Shown in pieces: positions 1-8,910 of a DNA stretch of 64,000 nt. The notes under the pieces are model-generated. The model was not told the DNA's origin, searched no databases, and worked only from the letters and a program-made list of their open reading frames with translations. The stretch covers positions 48,088 to 112,087 of the forward strand of contig CAYMIX010000004.1 of NCBI GenBank assembly GCA_964391185.1. The letters run 5' to 3'. Position numbers and translations under genes: made by a program. Numbering within the stretch: position 1 is the stretch's first letter; the number at the start of each line of letters is the position of its first letter. Source of the stretch: an uncultured Candidatus Peribacteria bacterium. GTDB taxonomy: Bacteria > Patescibacteriota > Gracilibacteria > Peribacterales > Peribacteraceae.

Positions 1-493
1 CAGCGAGCAATACATCTGGTCGTGGAGCAACTTCGGCGTCCCAGATTCGGAGCTTGTGGAAGATCACGGAGAGATAGAATCGTTTCAATGGTCCGAATAG
101 TCCTCGTCCTGCTTGGTTCTGAACGTCGTGTGTGCGATCCCAGAGGTAACGGGCTGGGGAATGGATGAAGCTGATGTGTTTTGGTTTGCCGTTCGTGATA
201 ATCCCGTGGGCGAATGCAGAGGAACTGCTGATAACGAGATCGTACTCAGAAAGGTCAAAGGCTTCGATAGCTTTGGGGAACTGCCTGAGATACCGATGAT
301 GATTGAACGACGTCGCGCTTTCTTGAAGAATGCTTGGTCGCACTCTTGCTTTAGGAAACCAGTCGCCGAGTTTCTGTTCGTCGTAGAGAAGTGTGTAGAT
401 AGGTGCATCAGGAAACATGTCTGCGAGTACGCGCAGCGTGCCTTCGGCGCCGCCTTTCATTGTGAGGAGTTCGTGGACAAGTGCGACCTTCAT
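1..493 (-). CDS. Glycosyltransferase family 4 (GT-B), N-terminal part; gene runs off window start
   Basis: Own translation of minus strand from ATG 493..491: MKVALVHELLTMKGGAEGTLRVLADMFPDAPIYTLLYDEQKLGDW...LVISSSSAFAHGII...IHSPARYLWD. Open to position 1, so absent from ORF track. The + ORF 113..550 is its antisense shadow. Confidence 0.7.
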   Translation of the reverse strand, partial: MKVALVHELLTMKGGAEGTLRVLADMFPDAPIYTLLYDEQKLGDWFPKARVRPSILQESATSFNHHRYLRQFPKAIEAFDLSEYDLVISSSSAFAHGIITNGKPKHISFIHSPARYLWDRTHDVQNQAGRGLFGPLKRFYLSVIFHKLRIWDAEVAPRPDVLLA

Positions 494-515
494 ATCTTCT
501 CTAGGGTAGCGCAAG

Positions 516-935
516 GTGACTCTGTCCGCGCAGACATTTTCTGCTCGTAAAAAATCAGCATTTTTGCTACACTACGCACACACATTTACATACATATCCA
601 TTCCCTCACACATGATAAGTTCTTCCGCAAGTTTTGGCTCTGCAGCGATGTTGAGATTAGCGAGGAAGAAGGGGAATACGTGCAGAATGAATGCGCATGC
701 GTCATGGGATCAGCTTTGTACTGCGCTTGAGCATGGGCCCGTTCTTATTCGTTGTGTTGGTGATGATGGTCGTAGGATGTCTCGTATTGTGATTGGTATT
801 CATGCGCATGTTGTATTAGTGAAAGAATGTGAGAATGGTTTGATCACGCGCATTACACCGGAAGCTTTTGTTCAGTCGTGGTCTGGTTGTACAGATACGA
901 TTGATGCTCACGGTTGGATGATGTCGGTGGAATGA
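516..935 (+). CDS. Hypothetical protein (start uncertain, internal Met candidates)
   Basis: ORF from track, no recognisable motif; followed by a perfect hairpin at 944-970. Confidence 0.25.
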   Translation: MTLSAQTFSARKKSAFLLHYAHTFTYISIPSHMISSSASFGSAAMLRLARKKGNTCRMNAHASWDQLCTALEHGPVLIRCVGDDGRRMSRIVIGIHAHVVLVKECENGLITRITPEAFVQSWSGCTDTIDAHGWMMSVE

Positions 936-943
936 TCTTCTTT

Positions 944-970
944 TCCACCTTTGTCCGCGACAAAGGTGGA
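944..970. other. Perfect 12-bp stem / 3-nt loop hairpin (tccacctttgtc-cgc-gacaaaggtgga)
   Basis: Read directly; lies between ORF 516..935 and the 3' end of the SDR gene; no clean T-run on either side. Confidence 0.4.
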
Positions 971-1117
971 GCCAAAGCGCCTGCGCGCCAGTGCTCCTCC
1001 GCCTGGCCCCGCGTCTCCTCAGCGACGTCGACTCGGTTACGACATCGCTTCGTCGACATAACGATCGGGGCCTCCCGCAACACCCCCCGTGGCGCGCAAC
1101 CCCTCCGGTGGAAGTTT

Positions 1118-1894
1118 TTATATTTCTTGCTGATTCCTTCGCGCAATAGATGCAGCCATCGGTCTGGAGATTAATCGTGTTCCGAAAATAAGGAATTTGT
1201 TTCTGAATCCTGGAACAATGATTGTTTTTCCTCGGAGACACGCTTTATATCCAATACGTGCAACATCGTCAGCTTGCATGAGAAGTCCGCGGAAGAGACG
1301 AGATTTTTTGAGTCCGGCGTGCATTGCGAATCCTGTGTTGGTTGGCCCAGGGCACAAGCACGTCGCGGTCACGCCTGTTCCTTTGAGTTCATTACTGAGC
1401 GCAACGGAAAAGCTCAGTACATACGCTTTGCTTGCGTAGTACACAGCCATCAATGGTCCTGGTGGGAATGCAGCAGTAGACGCAACGTTCAGGATGCGAC
1501 CGTGTTTGCGTTTGATCATCTCTGGAAGTAACGCGCGCGTAAGCATCGTGAGAGCTTTTATATTGAGGTCCATCATGGATGCCAAACTCTCTGCATCTGA
1601 CTGTGCGAAAAGCCCGTACTGACCGAAGCCAGCGTTATTGATGAGCATCGTTATAGAAAGCTTCTTCTTCGTGAGTTCTTTCGTGATGCGTTCGATGCTT
1701 TCAGGATCAGAAAGGTCTGCAGCAATGACTATCGCATGAATGCCATGTGCTTTGGTGAGCTCTTTTGCGAGAGCACTCAGTGCATCAGCGGACCTTGCGA
1801 CGAGCACGAGATCAGATTTGTCTGCAGCGCAGAGCCGAGCGAATTCTTCTCCCAACCCGCCCGATGCCCCTGTGATCAATGTGATCTCTTTCAT
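1118..1894 (-). CDS. Short-chain dehydrogenase/reductase (SDR family oxidoreductase)
   Basis: TGASGGLG Rossmann motif, NNAG, catalytic YASKA (YxxxK). Confidence 0.9.
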   Translation of the reverse strand: MKEITLITGASGGLGEEFARLCAADKSDLVLVARSADALSALAKELTKAHGIHAIVIAADLSDPESIERITKELTKKKLSITMLINNAGFGQYGLFAQSDAESLASMMDLNIKALTMLTRALLPEMIKRKHGRILNVASTAAFPPGPLMAVYYASKAYVLSFSVALSNELKGTGVTATCLCPGPTNTGFAMHAGLKKSRLFRGLLMQADDVARIGYKACLRGKTIIVPGFRNKFLIFGTRLISRPMAASIARRNQQEI

Positions 1895-1936
1895 AAGAAA
1901 GATTGTAGGGGCACGGGTGGCAAAAGCCGATGTACA

Positions 1937-2017
1937 TCAGCTGAGGATGAAGTATAAGAATCCCCAGCCGCCGCCGAAGATGGCTGCGATTACTAAAGCT
2001 ATAAGTAGTTTGCGCAT
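1937..2017 (-). CDS. Possible 26-aa hydrophobic micropeptide (MRKLLIALVIAAIFGGGWGFLYFILS)
   Basis: Own translation, ATG 2017..2015 to TGA 1939..1937; sits between two co-oriented genes; below ORF-track size cutoff. Confidence 0.25.
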   Translation of the reverse strand: MRKLLIALVIAAIFGGGWGFLYFILS

Positions 2018-2051
2018 ATGCCCTATAAGACGACGGAGCTTGGTAAAGCTG

Positions 2052-2720
2052 TCACGGCACATTCTTGTTCACTTCATCAATCACTTTCTCGAGCATGTGT
2101 TTAAGTTGCTTTCGACGTTTTTCTTGAAAGTGATAAATAACGAGTGCAGCAACGATAGCGCCGATCATGTTTGCGATGAGGTCCCAGCCTGTGTTTGTGT
2201 AACCGCCGACGTTTGTATTGGGAATAAGTAGTGTTGCGACGAATTCAATGATTTCATTGAGTGCGCCCAGACCCATACCTGCGAGTAAGCAGAGTGTAAG
2301 AACTCCTGCAGTTGGGAGAGATTTCGGGAGTAGAGCGTGCAATGTCTGCCAGGAAACCCATGTGGCAATGCCGAATCCGTACGAGTGCACAAATTGATCG
2401 TATTTAAAGTAATTGGGGATAATCCACCAGCTATAGAGAACGTGTTTGTCGCCGCTGACGAGCCAGTCATCAGGAACGGGAACAAGCCCGCCCATCATAT
2501 GAAGAAGCCCCCAGATACTCAGGCACCACAGTGCACCTTTGCTGAGATTCACGCGACGATGCAGGCTTGCGACGAGCAACGCCAACACCAACATCACGAT
2601 GATGTAAAAGACAAACTCCCAGTTTTGCGTGCGGAAGGCAAAAACGGTGGCAAGGCCGATATACCCAAGCGTGAATGCTGCGACCGGCCGTATGGAGTTG
2701 TGCATGGCCAGGAGTATCAC
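2052..2720 (-). CDS. Polytopic membrane protein (YjdF/DUF2238-like by impression)
   Basis: About 6 hydrophobic helices. GTG start at 2720 or ATG at 2705. Family assignment is a weak recollection only. Confidence 0.6.
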   Translation of the reverse strand: MILLAMHNSIRPVAAFTLGYIGLATVFAFRTQNWEFVFYIIVMLVLALLVASLHRRVNLSKGALWCLSIWGLLHMMGGLVPVPDDWLVSGDKHVLYSWWIIPNYFKYDQFVHSYGFGIATWVSWQTLHALLPKSLPTAGVLTLCLLAGMGLGALNEIIEFVATLLIPNTNVGGYTNTGWDLIANMIGAIVAALVIYHFQEKRRKQLKHMLEKVIDEVNKNVP

Positions 2721-2824
2721 GTGATGACCGGTTTATCGCAAATGCTTGCTGTATACCTTGCTTGTGCAACGCTGTAATATGTGGCGCTGATATTCGTCCT
2801 CATACCTGTCTACCCCTCCTTTGT

Positions 2825-3709
2825 ATGAAGATCCCTTTGCCTTCCCATGTCGGCATGTTTGCCCTCACAGGTGTTCTCGTCGTAGCGCCAGTACTCGCGG
2901 TGACGACGATGTTCGCACAGCCGTTTTATTGTGATCCATACACGCAGAATTGTGGAACGGTGAATAATCAGAATACGTACAATCCATATCTGACGAACCC
3001 AAACTTGGGTGCCCAGCAACATGCGTACAACGAAGCGTTTAATAATTTCTACACGCAGTATCGCAATCAACCCGTCCGAATGGACATCGGTCCGGGCGGA
3101 CCGAATGGGAATAATCAAAACCATGGTCAGGTGAATCAGCCGGTAGACCAGAGTTGGTTGCAGCGATCTTCTGCACGTTCGAGGAGTTTGATCAATTATC
3201 AAGATCCGATCTATCCACCATATGGTGAGAATGGAACGTCGTTTGGTTACCCGTATCAGGGATATAACCCAAATTATTATGGATCAACGAGTTCGGCTCG
3301 TTCATCTGTGTACTACGCACAGTCAACGAATATGAATATGTGGGTGCAGTACCTGAGCCAGGAGCGTTATATGGAGTGTATGCAGGATGTGGTGGAGCGT
3401 CGTGAACAGGATGTGCAAGATGTGTATGGTGATTATCATCGTCAGTATGAACAATTGCTGCTCGAACGATCACAGGGTCGCATAACAACATGGCAGATAA
3501 CCGATAGCAGGCGTCGTCGTGATAGAGAACGTCAGGTGGATCGCGATTTCCGCGAACGTTTCCGCGACCTGGAACGTTGGCTCGATGATCGCGAAGATGA
3601 CATCGAAGACGCGTACCGCAACGATAGCCGTGAGTGTGATCGCGTGCGCAAAGAAATGGAGCGACAGGAGCGTGACCAGGAACGCGAATTGCAACGTGCG
3701 AGTAGATAA
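2825..3709 (+). CDS. Secreted low-complexity protein: signal/TM, Q/N/Y/P-rich middle, R/D/E-rich C-terminus
   Basis: Start moved to ATG 2825 (MKIPLPSHVGMFALTGVLVVAPVLAV). Composition is read from the track translation. Confidence 0.6.
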   Translation: MKIPLPSHVGMFALTGVLVVAPVLAVTTMFAQPFYCDPYTQNCGTVNNQNTYNPYLTNPNLGAQQHAYNEAFNNFYTQYRNQPVRMDIGPGGPNGNNQNHGQVNQPVDQSWLQRSSARSRSLINYQDPIYPPYGENGTSFGYPYQGYNPNYYGSTSSARSSVYYAQSTNMNMWVQYLSQERYMECMQDVVERREQDVQDVYGDYHRQYEQLLLERSQGRITTWQITDSRRRRDRERQVDRDFRERFRDLERWLDDREDDIEDAYRNDSRECDRVRKEMERQERDQERELQRASR

Positions 3710-3761
3710 TGCGAAAGTTTCTTGTGCACTTTAAGCGCGACATTCGTCAGTTCTGGCACTT

Positions 3762-3790
3762 TGCTTTAGTGCACTAAAGAGCTACATCTT
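3762..3790 (+). promoter_or_regulatory. Copy 1 of a conserved ~28-nt palindromic upstream motif (TGCTTTAGTGCACTAAAGAGCTA-CATCTT)
   Basis: Shares about 26/29 nt with 10370-10402 and most of 9125-9152. Ends about 38 nt before the ATG at 3825. Confidence 0.45.
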
Positions 3791-3824
3791 GTCAGGTGGT
3801 TTGTGAGGGTTATCTTGGGTGCAT

Positions 3825-4592
3825 ATGCGTACCTCCCCCCTCATTATCTTAGGTTTTATCATTTTACCGTTGGCTGCCAACGCGGCCACTATTGATCGCT
3901 CCACCGTTGTGAAACCGACGCGCGGTGTGTATCAGCAATCCACTAACACGCCATTAAAATATAAAAGCCCAAAGGACTCACTTCCTGCTGTCACACAGAA
4001 GCCGTACACATCTATCAACAACCCCTATAAGTTTTCCTATCCGAGCAATTGGAAGACATATGACTTTGTGAAAAACCGCGGCGTTTCAGTATTTCCGATT
4101 GATGACAAAATGAGCGTCAGCGGCAAGCGCTTGAGTGTGATTAAATTAGGTATCATCCCGATTGCTGACAAAAAGGATTATTCGCTTGAGGAAATCGAAA
4201 CGTACTTTTTGACACACGCAACATTGTCTACAGAGACGAAGCTTGCAGACTGGTATATCCCATCATTCGGTTTCATTAGTTCTGAAGATTCAACATTGTT
4301 GGGACACACAGCGAAGAAATACATGTACACGGGTGAATGGCAGAGCAAGAAATATAAAGCTATCGAATATATAACCTCGTTCAATAAGAATTTGTATGTA
4401 GTGACATATCAGGTTGAACCAACATATTTTGATACTGATTTGCCTGTATTCGAAAGCCTTTTCAAGACTATAAAATTAAAGTCTGCAAAAGCTACAAGTG
4501 CTTCATCTACTACTAAGAGTAATGCAGTCAGGAAAACGACGGTGAAATCTTTAGCAAAATCTTCATCAACGTCTTCTGTACAATTCAAGTAA
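3825..4592 (+). CDS. Secreted protein, paralog A of tandem pair (PsbP/DcrB-like fold suspected), Ser/Thr-rich tail
   Basis: Signal peptide. VTQKPYTSINNPYKFSYPSNWKTYDFVKNRGV is shared almost verbatim with the next gene. Confidence 0.7.
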   Translation: MRTSPLIILGFIILPLAANAATIDRSTVVKPTRGVYQQSTNTPLKYKSPKDSLPAVTQKPYTSINNPYKFSYPSNWKTYDFVKNRGVSVFPIDDKMSVSGKRLSVIKLGIIPIADKKDYSLEEIETYFLTHATLSTETKLADWYIPSFGFISSEDSTLLGHTAKKYMYTGEWQSKKYKAIEYITSFNKNLYVVTYQVEPTYFDTDLPVFESLFKTIKLKSAKATSASSTTKSNAVRKTTVKSLAKSSSTSSVQFK

Positions 4593-4652
4593 GAAAGTAG
4601 ATGTAAAGAACCTCCGTCTTGTAATGAATGGCGTGCGCATTATCCTAAGGGG

Positions 4653-5441
4653 GTGCGTACGCTTTCTCTGAGTCTTTTGGTTCTGATCATGCTGCCGCTT
4701 GCTGCAGATGCAGCGTATTTCAAGCTTCCATCGGTCACGAAGCCCACACGCAACCAGTATCAGATCACGTCAAAACAGCTGGTGAAAAAGAGCAGGTCTT
4801 CTTCGTTGTCGGTTACGCAGAAGCCATACACATCGATCAATAATCCATTCATATTTTCATACCCAAGTGATTGGGAAACGTATGACTTGGTGAAGAATAG
4901 GGGAGTGACAATTTCGCCGAAAGATGATGGCGTGACCCTGAAAAGTCAGCGCCCGAGCCAAGTCGCGTTCACGGTCGATACTGGCGCAAAGAAGAAAGAA
5001 TATTCTGTGACAGAACTCGATCAGTATTTTATGAATAAGGCGACACTTGCCGGTGAAAGCAAGCTGATCGATTGGTATATTCCCTCCTTCAAACTCATAT
5101 CGTCGGACGACGACACATTATTTGAGAAACCCGCGAAGCGATACGTGTATGAAGCAGAAATCGAAAGCAAAAAATTTAAAGTTCTTACATTTTTCTCCGT
5201 ATTCGACGGTAAATTCTATCGCGTGTCGTTCCGTGCAGAACCAGAAAATTATGATGCTGATAGTGCCGTCTTCTTCCAGAAGATATTCCCATCTCTTCGC
5301 TTGAGTGACGCGGTGTTTAGTAGTTCATCTTCCAAAATAAGTAGGACGCTCTTGCGCGTGCAAAAGCGAACGTCATCTGCGAAGTCACATTCGAGCTATT
5401 CGTCGGTGAGTTCCGGGAGCCGTTATTCGTCTGATTCGTAG
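4653..5441 (+). CDS. Secreted protein, paralog B of tandem pair, Ser-rich tail
   Basis: GTG start, signal peptide, VTQKPYTSINNPFIFSYPSDWETYDLVKNRGV, WYIPSF shared with paralog A. Confidence 0.7.
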   Translation: MRTLSLSLLVLIMLPLAADAAYFKLPSVTKPTRNQYQITSKQLVKKSRSSSLSVTQKPYTSINNPFIFSYPSDWETYDLVKNRGVTISPKDDGVTLKSQRPSQVAFTVDTGAKKKEYSVTELDQYFMNKATLAGESKLIDWYIPSFKLISSDDDTLFEKPAKRYVYEAEIESKKFKVLTFFSVFDGKFYRVSFRAEPENYDADSAVFFQKIFPSLRLSDAVFSSSSSKISRTLLRVQKRTSSAKSHSSYSSVSSGSRYSSDS

Positions 5442-5538
5442 AGGACAAAACGCCAAAGGAATTTGGGTGAGTTTGATTCCTGCATTCGTGATGGTGGTGT
5501 TTTGGTTGTGGCTGAGCCAACAGCCGTTTAGTTGATGA

Positions 5539-5901
5539 CTACATTTTAAATCCTGGCACCAAACGCATCTCCCGATGTATCAATTGCATTTGATCTTCAA
5601 GACTTTTCCATTTATCAGAGCTTTCGTTATATTCCAATTGCTTCTCGGCCAAAATTTGGATTTCATTTTTAGCTTCTTCAGAAATAGCGCTTTGTATAGC
5701 GAGCAGTTGCGCAGTCACATTTTCAGGAAGCATACCTCTGAATTCTTTCTGCAGAACTACGGCTTGAGTTCTTGCAGCAGTTGCAGCTGCATTAATTTCT
5801 GATCCTGGCAATTTGGTCATTTCGTCCATGTGACCGATGAATTCGGTTATTTGCTGTCCAAGGACTTCGTATTCTTCATTGTGTTCGGATGATTCAGGCA
5901 T
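5539..5901 (-). CDS. Hypothetical helical protein
   Basis: ORF only; no motif recognised. Confidence 0.45.
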   Translation of the reverse strand: MPESSEHNEEYEVLGQQITEFIGHMDEMTKLPGSEINAAATAARTQAVVLQKEFRGMLPENVTAQLLAIQSAISEEAKNEIQILAEKQLEYNESSDKWKSLEDQMQLIHREMRLVPGFKM

Positions 5902-5991
5902 AGGTTGACCATACTCTCCATCAGAGGCACAAGGAAATGAGCATGGGCGAGGGTCGACAGAGGCTTGAAAATGGCTATAGTACGTGCACTT

Positions 5992-6067
5992 GGGTCGGTA
6001 GCTCAGCTGGTAGAGCAGTGCCCTTTTAAGGCATTGGCCGCGGGTTCGAATCCCGCCCGACCCACCA
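5992..6067 (+). tRNA. tRNA-Lys (anticodon UUU), CCA encoded
   Basis: Cloverleaf read by eye: gggtcgg/ccgaccc acceptor, anticodon loop cTTTTaa, T-arm gcggg-ttcgaat-cccgc. Confidence 0.9.
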
Positions 6068-6383
6068 TGACACCCTTTTTCAAGGGGTCATTTCCATGTT
6101 TTCCGCTTTCCGATGGGATCACATCGGTTCGACCCACTGGAATTGCTCCGGTAATAGCCATCGGATCGAATCGGAAGAACACCTTTGCGCGACGTTCCTG
6201 CTCGTTATCGGTGACTTCGATGCGATCCACAAGGACATCAACGACTCTCTGTTTATCGGAATAACTGAGCCTCCGAACTTTCTTGAACTGCTTCGCGAAC
6301 ACGCGGACCTGATCCTTTGCGATCTGATACTGACCGAGCTGTGTGATTCTTCCTTCGAGCTCAGTCTTTTGCGCAACGCCCTC
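6056..6383 (-). pseudogene. Remnant of large serine recombinase C-terminus (coiled-coil/terminal segment only)
   Basis: Own minus-strand translation: EGVAQKTELEGRITQLGQYQIAKDQVRVFAKQFKKVRRLSYSDKQRVVDVLVDRIEVTDNEQERRAKVFFRFDP... This parallels the C-terminus of the 55259..56929 recombinase (QKKIMCQLLIERVEMSRRKVHGRWKTHGQVVFHFN). The frame reads into the tRNA 3' end, and the catalytic domain is missing. Confidence 0.55.
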
Positions 6384-6389
6384 CTACAC

Positions 6390-6878
6390 ATGCTCCTCGG
6401 TATTATCTCCGATACCCACGAACATATTGAGAATATTGAGAAGGCAAAACGTCTCTTTGCCTCAAAGGGAGTGTCTCCCATTATTCACCTAGGAGATTAT
6501 TGTGCTGGACCCTCTGTTCGTGCATTCGCTGGTGCAAAGATCATCGGTATTCTCGGGAACAACGATGGCGATCACCTGCGTCTCGAACAGAACTTCAAGC
6601 AAATAGGAGGAGATTTCCGATGGGAATTCTGTGTGCTGGAGTTCGATGGCCTCAAGATTGCCTGTTACCACGGTACTGTCCCTGAAATCACAGAGGCCCT
6701 CATCAGGTGCAAGAAGTACGATGTCGTGCTGTCCGGGCACACGCACGAATCTTCTCTCGATACGAGAGACGGGGTACTCGCATTGAATCCGGGGAGTGCG
6801 CATGGTTTCGAGAGGGCAGCAACAGTTGCGATCCTTGATACAAAAACAAAACAGGCAGAGATCATCACGTTGTCATAG
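6390..6878 (+). CDS. YfcE/MJ0936-family metallophosphoesterase
   Basis: Start moved to ATG 6390. Motifs GIISDTHEH, HLGDY, GNNDGD, SGHTHES. Confidence 0.85.
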   Translation: MLLGIISDTHEHIENIEKAKRLFASKGVSPIIHLGDYCAGPSVRAFAGAKIIGILGNNDGDHLRLEQNFKQIGGDFRWEFCVLEFDGLKIACYHGTVPEITEALIRCKKYDVVLSGHTHESSLDTRDGVLALNPGSAHGFERAATVAILDTKTKQAEIITLS

Positions 6879-6892
6879 TAGAATAGGATTCG

Positions 6893-7507
6893 ATGAGCAC
6901 CGATCCCACACAACAATTCTACGAATCTCATGTTCGTGAATACGAAGAGCAGACTCTCAATTTGCTGCCCCAGAGCTTTCTTCAAAAGTTCATGGAGACC
7001 CTGCCACGCAATTGCAGAATTCTCGATGTGGGATGCGCCTTCGGCCGGGATTCGGCAGTACTTGCCGAACATGGCTTCAGAGTGACTGGAGTTGATTATG
7101 CTGCGGCTTTGATTGAACGGGCAAAGCAGCGAGTTCTGAACGTCGAGTTCCTTGTTGCTGATATGCGTGAGCTTCCATTCCATTCCGGATCCTTCGATGG
7201 CATCTGGGCGTACATGAGCCTTCTCCATCTGCAAAAGAGTGAAGTCCCTGCGGTTCTTCAAGAATTCGCTCATGTTCTTGCCCCGAAGGGCCTCCTAGCG
7301 CTCGGCATGAAGGTAGGACAAGGAGAAGGATATATCAGCGATCAACGGTACGGCGGGGCGCAGAAATACTTCGCGAACTTCGAGGTGGATGAAATGCACG
7401 AACTCCTGCAACGGGCAGGATTCGAGGTACTGGAGAGTGCTGTGCGGGAGCGCCAACTCCCGTATCAGGATCTTCCTGTGATGGAGATCCTGTCTCGAAG
7501 GGGCTGA
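6893..7507 (+). CDS. Class I SAM-dependent methyltransferase
   Basis: Motif I ILDVGCAFGRDS, acidic post-I VTGVDY. Confidence 0.85.
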   Translation: MSTDPTQQFYESHVREYEEQTLNLLPQSFLQKFMETLPRNCRILDVGCAFGRDSAVLAEHGFRVTGVDYAAALIERAKQRVLNVEFLVADMRELPFHSGSFDGIWAYMSLLHLQKSEVPAVLQEFAHVLAPKGLLALGMKVGQGEGYISDQRYGGAQKYFANFEVDEMHELLQRAGFEVLESAVRERQLPYQDLPVMEILSRRG

Positions 7508-7607
7508 TCTGCCTCACACTCGTGAACCGGGGCATGTTATTCTGCCGCACGGCAAGGGGGGTAACGAACATCCAGAGAAAATGGACCTTCTCCTCCCGAC
7601 CCACCAC

Positions 7608-7635
7608 TGGACAAGGTAATATGAATTGATATAAT
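7608..7635 (+). promoter_or_regulatory. Sigma70-like promoter (tggaca - 16 nt - TGaTATAAT extended -10)
   Basis: Read directly upstream of ORF 7645. Confidence 0.45.
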
Positions 7636-7644
7636 AAATTTCTT

Positions 7645-7893
7645 ATGACGGAATGGCAAGATGACAGAGACGGCCTATTGGTAGACAACATCATGGCTAC
7701 TCTTCGCGAGGGCAAGGAAGTCAGACTGGCATATCAAAATAGTGATCCGAATACTGTGAATGAAGTTAAAGAAGCTCTGGGGGATTTGTATCGGAGTACA
7801 TACGGTGAAGATATTCAGATTACTTCAATGGTCAGAGATATCAGTGGCGATCTGCATGTTGTTTTTCAGTGTAAAAGAGAAGAGAACGAATAA
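7645..7893 (+). CDS. Small hypothetical protein
   Basis: ORF with a plausible promoter upstream and a REP hairpin downstream. Confidence 0.5.
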   Translation: MTEWQDDRDGLLVDNIMATLREGKEVRLAYQNSDPNTVNEVKEALGDLYRSTYGEDIQITSMVRDISGDLHVVFQCKREENE

Positions 7894-7910
7894 TTGAGGA
7901 TCGATCCTAT

Positions 7911-7941
7911 TGTCACCCTTCGACTACGCTCAGGGTGACAC
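7911..7941 (-). repeat. REP-like hairpin, CCCT/AGGG variant (tgtcaccct-tcgactacgctc-agggtgaca)
   Basis: Perfect 9-bp inverted repeat; member of the GTGTCA-stem-GAGC..CGAA-stem family. Confidence 0.7.
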
Positions 7942-7949
7942 TGTAAGGT

Positions 7950-8720
7950 ATGCCTATGATCGACTCTCACTGCCACCTCGCGGACACACAATTCTCTGAA
8001 GACCTTTCTGATGTTCTCAAGCGTGCGAAGGCTGCAGGTATCCACACCATGGTAACGATTGCCGATTCGATTCCTGAAGCAGAAGATTGTGTGAAGCTCG
8101 CAGGGAAACATAAGAATATTTTCTGCACAGTTGGCGTACATCCGCACAATGCAAAAGAGTGGAAAAGAGGGGATAGCGACCTACTGAAAGACATGGTCAG
8201 TGGTTCCAAGAAAGTCCGTGCGATCGGAGAGATTGGGTTGGATTACCACTATGATCATTCACCACGCGATACGCAGCGCGGAGTGTTCCTCGAACAGCTC
8301 ACACTCTCACGTGAATTAGGATTACCTGCAGTCGTACATTCCAGAGAGGCGATCAAGGATGTGGAGACGATCATCCGTGAAGTAGAGCCTCTGCAAGTGG
8401 TTATCCATTGCTGCACGGAGAAATGGGACGATGTCGCGTGGCTCGTAGAGCTCGGGCATTTCCTTTCGTTCACGGGCATCGCGACGTATGCGAAATCGAA
8501 AGATATTCATGAGACAATCAAAAACTGTCCTCTCGAACAAATGATGATCGAAACGGATAGCCCGTACCTCGCACCAGAACCACATCGTGGAAAAAGAAAT
8601 GAACCAGCGTATGTGGTAGAAGTCGCAAAACACGTCGCGAAGCTCAAAGATGTTTCCGTGGAAGAAGTAGAGAAGGCTACAACAAAGAATGCGATGGAGT
8701 TTTTTGGCTTACCCAACTAA
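7950..8720 (+). CDS. tatD: TatD-family metal-dependent hydrolase/DNase
   Basis: [31 protein letters not shown]. Confidence 0.9.
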   Translation: MPMIDSHCHLADTQFSEDLSDVLKRAKAAGIHTMVTIADSIPEAEDCVKLAGKHKNIFCTVGVHPHNAKEWKRGDSDLLKDMVSGSKKVRAIGEIGLDYHYDHSPRDTQRGVFLEQLTLSRELGLPAVVHSREAIKDVETIIREVEPLQVVIHCCTEKWDDVAWLVELGHFLSFTGIATYAKSKDIHETIKNCPLEQMMIETDSPYLAPEPHRGKRNEPAYVVEVAKHVAKLKDVSVEEVEKATTKNAMEFFGLPN

Positions 8721-8833
8721 CATTCGTGCTCATCGCCCTTGTAGGTTATCGGCCTTCGTCTATGGACTACGGCCGACAGGCCTCCTAGACCGCTGGCCTC
8801 CGACCTGCCCACCGAAGCCATAAGGAATATTTT

Positions 8834-8910
8834 GTGCCTGTAGTTCAATTGGATAGAGCGTCGCCCTCCGAAGGCGAAGGTTGTGGGTTCAAATCCCGCC
8901 AGGCACACCA
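8834..8910 (+). tRNA. tRNA-Arg (anticodon CCG), CCA encoded
   Basis: gtgcctg/caggcac acceptor, anticodon arm tcgcc-CTCCGAA-ggcga. Confidence 0.9.

Larger units (their letters stand above)
6056..7606. mobile_element. Decayed tRNA-Lys-associated integrative element bounded by 12-bp direct repeat cccgacccacca (6056-6067 and 7595-7606)
   Basis: The repeat equals the 3' terminal 12 nt of tRNA-Lys. A recombinase C-terminal remnant abuts the tRNA in mirror image of the intact island at tRNA-Ile. Confidence 0.55.

Noticed and set aside
113-550. 145-aa + strand ORF from the track
   Set aside because: It lies entirely antisense to a minus-strand frame with unmistakable GT4 glycosyltransferase sequence (1-493), and it has no motif of its own.
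6096-6389. N-terminal 98 codons of track ORF 6096..6878
   Set aside because: The metallophosphoesterase domain begins at MLLGIISDTHEH (ATG 6390). The upstream part is the antisense of the recombinase remnant.
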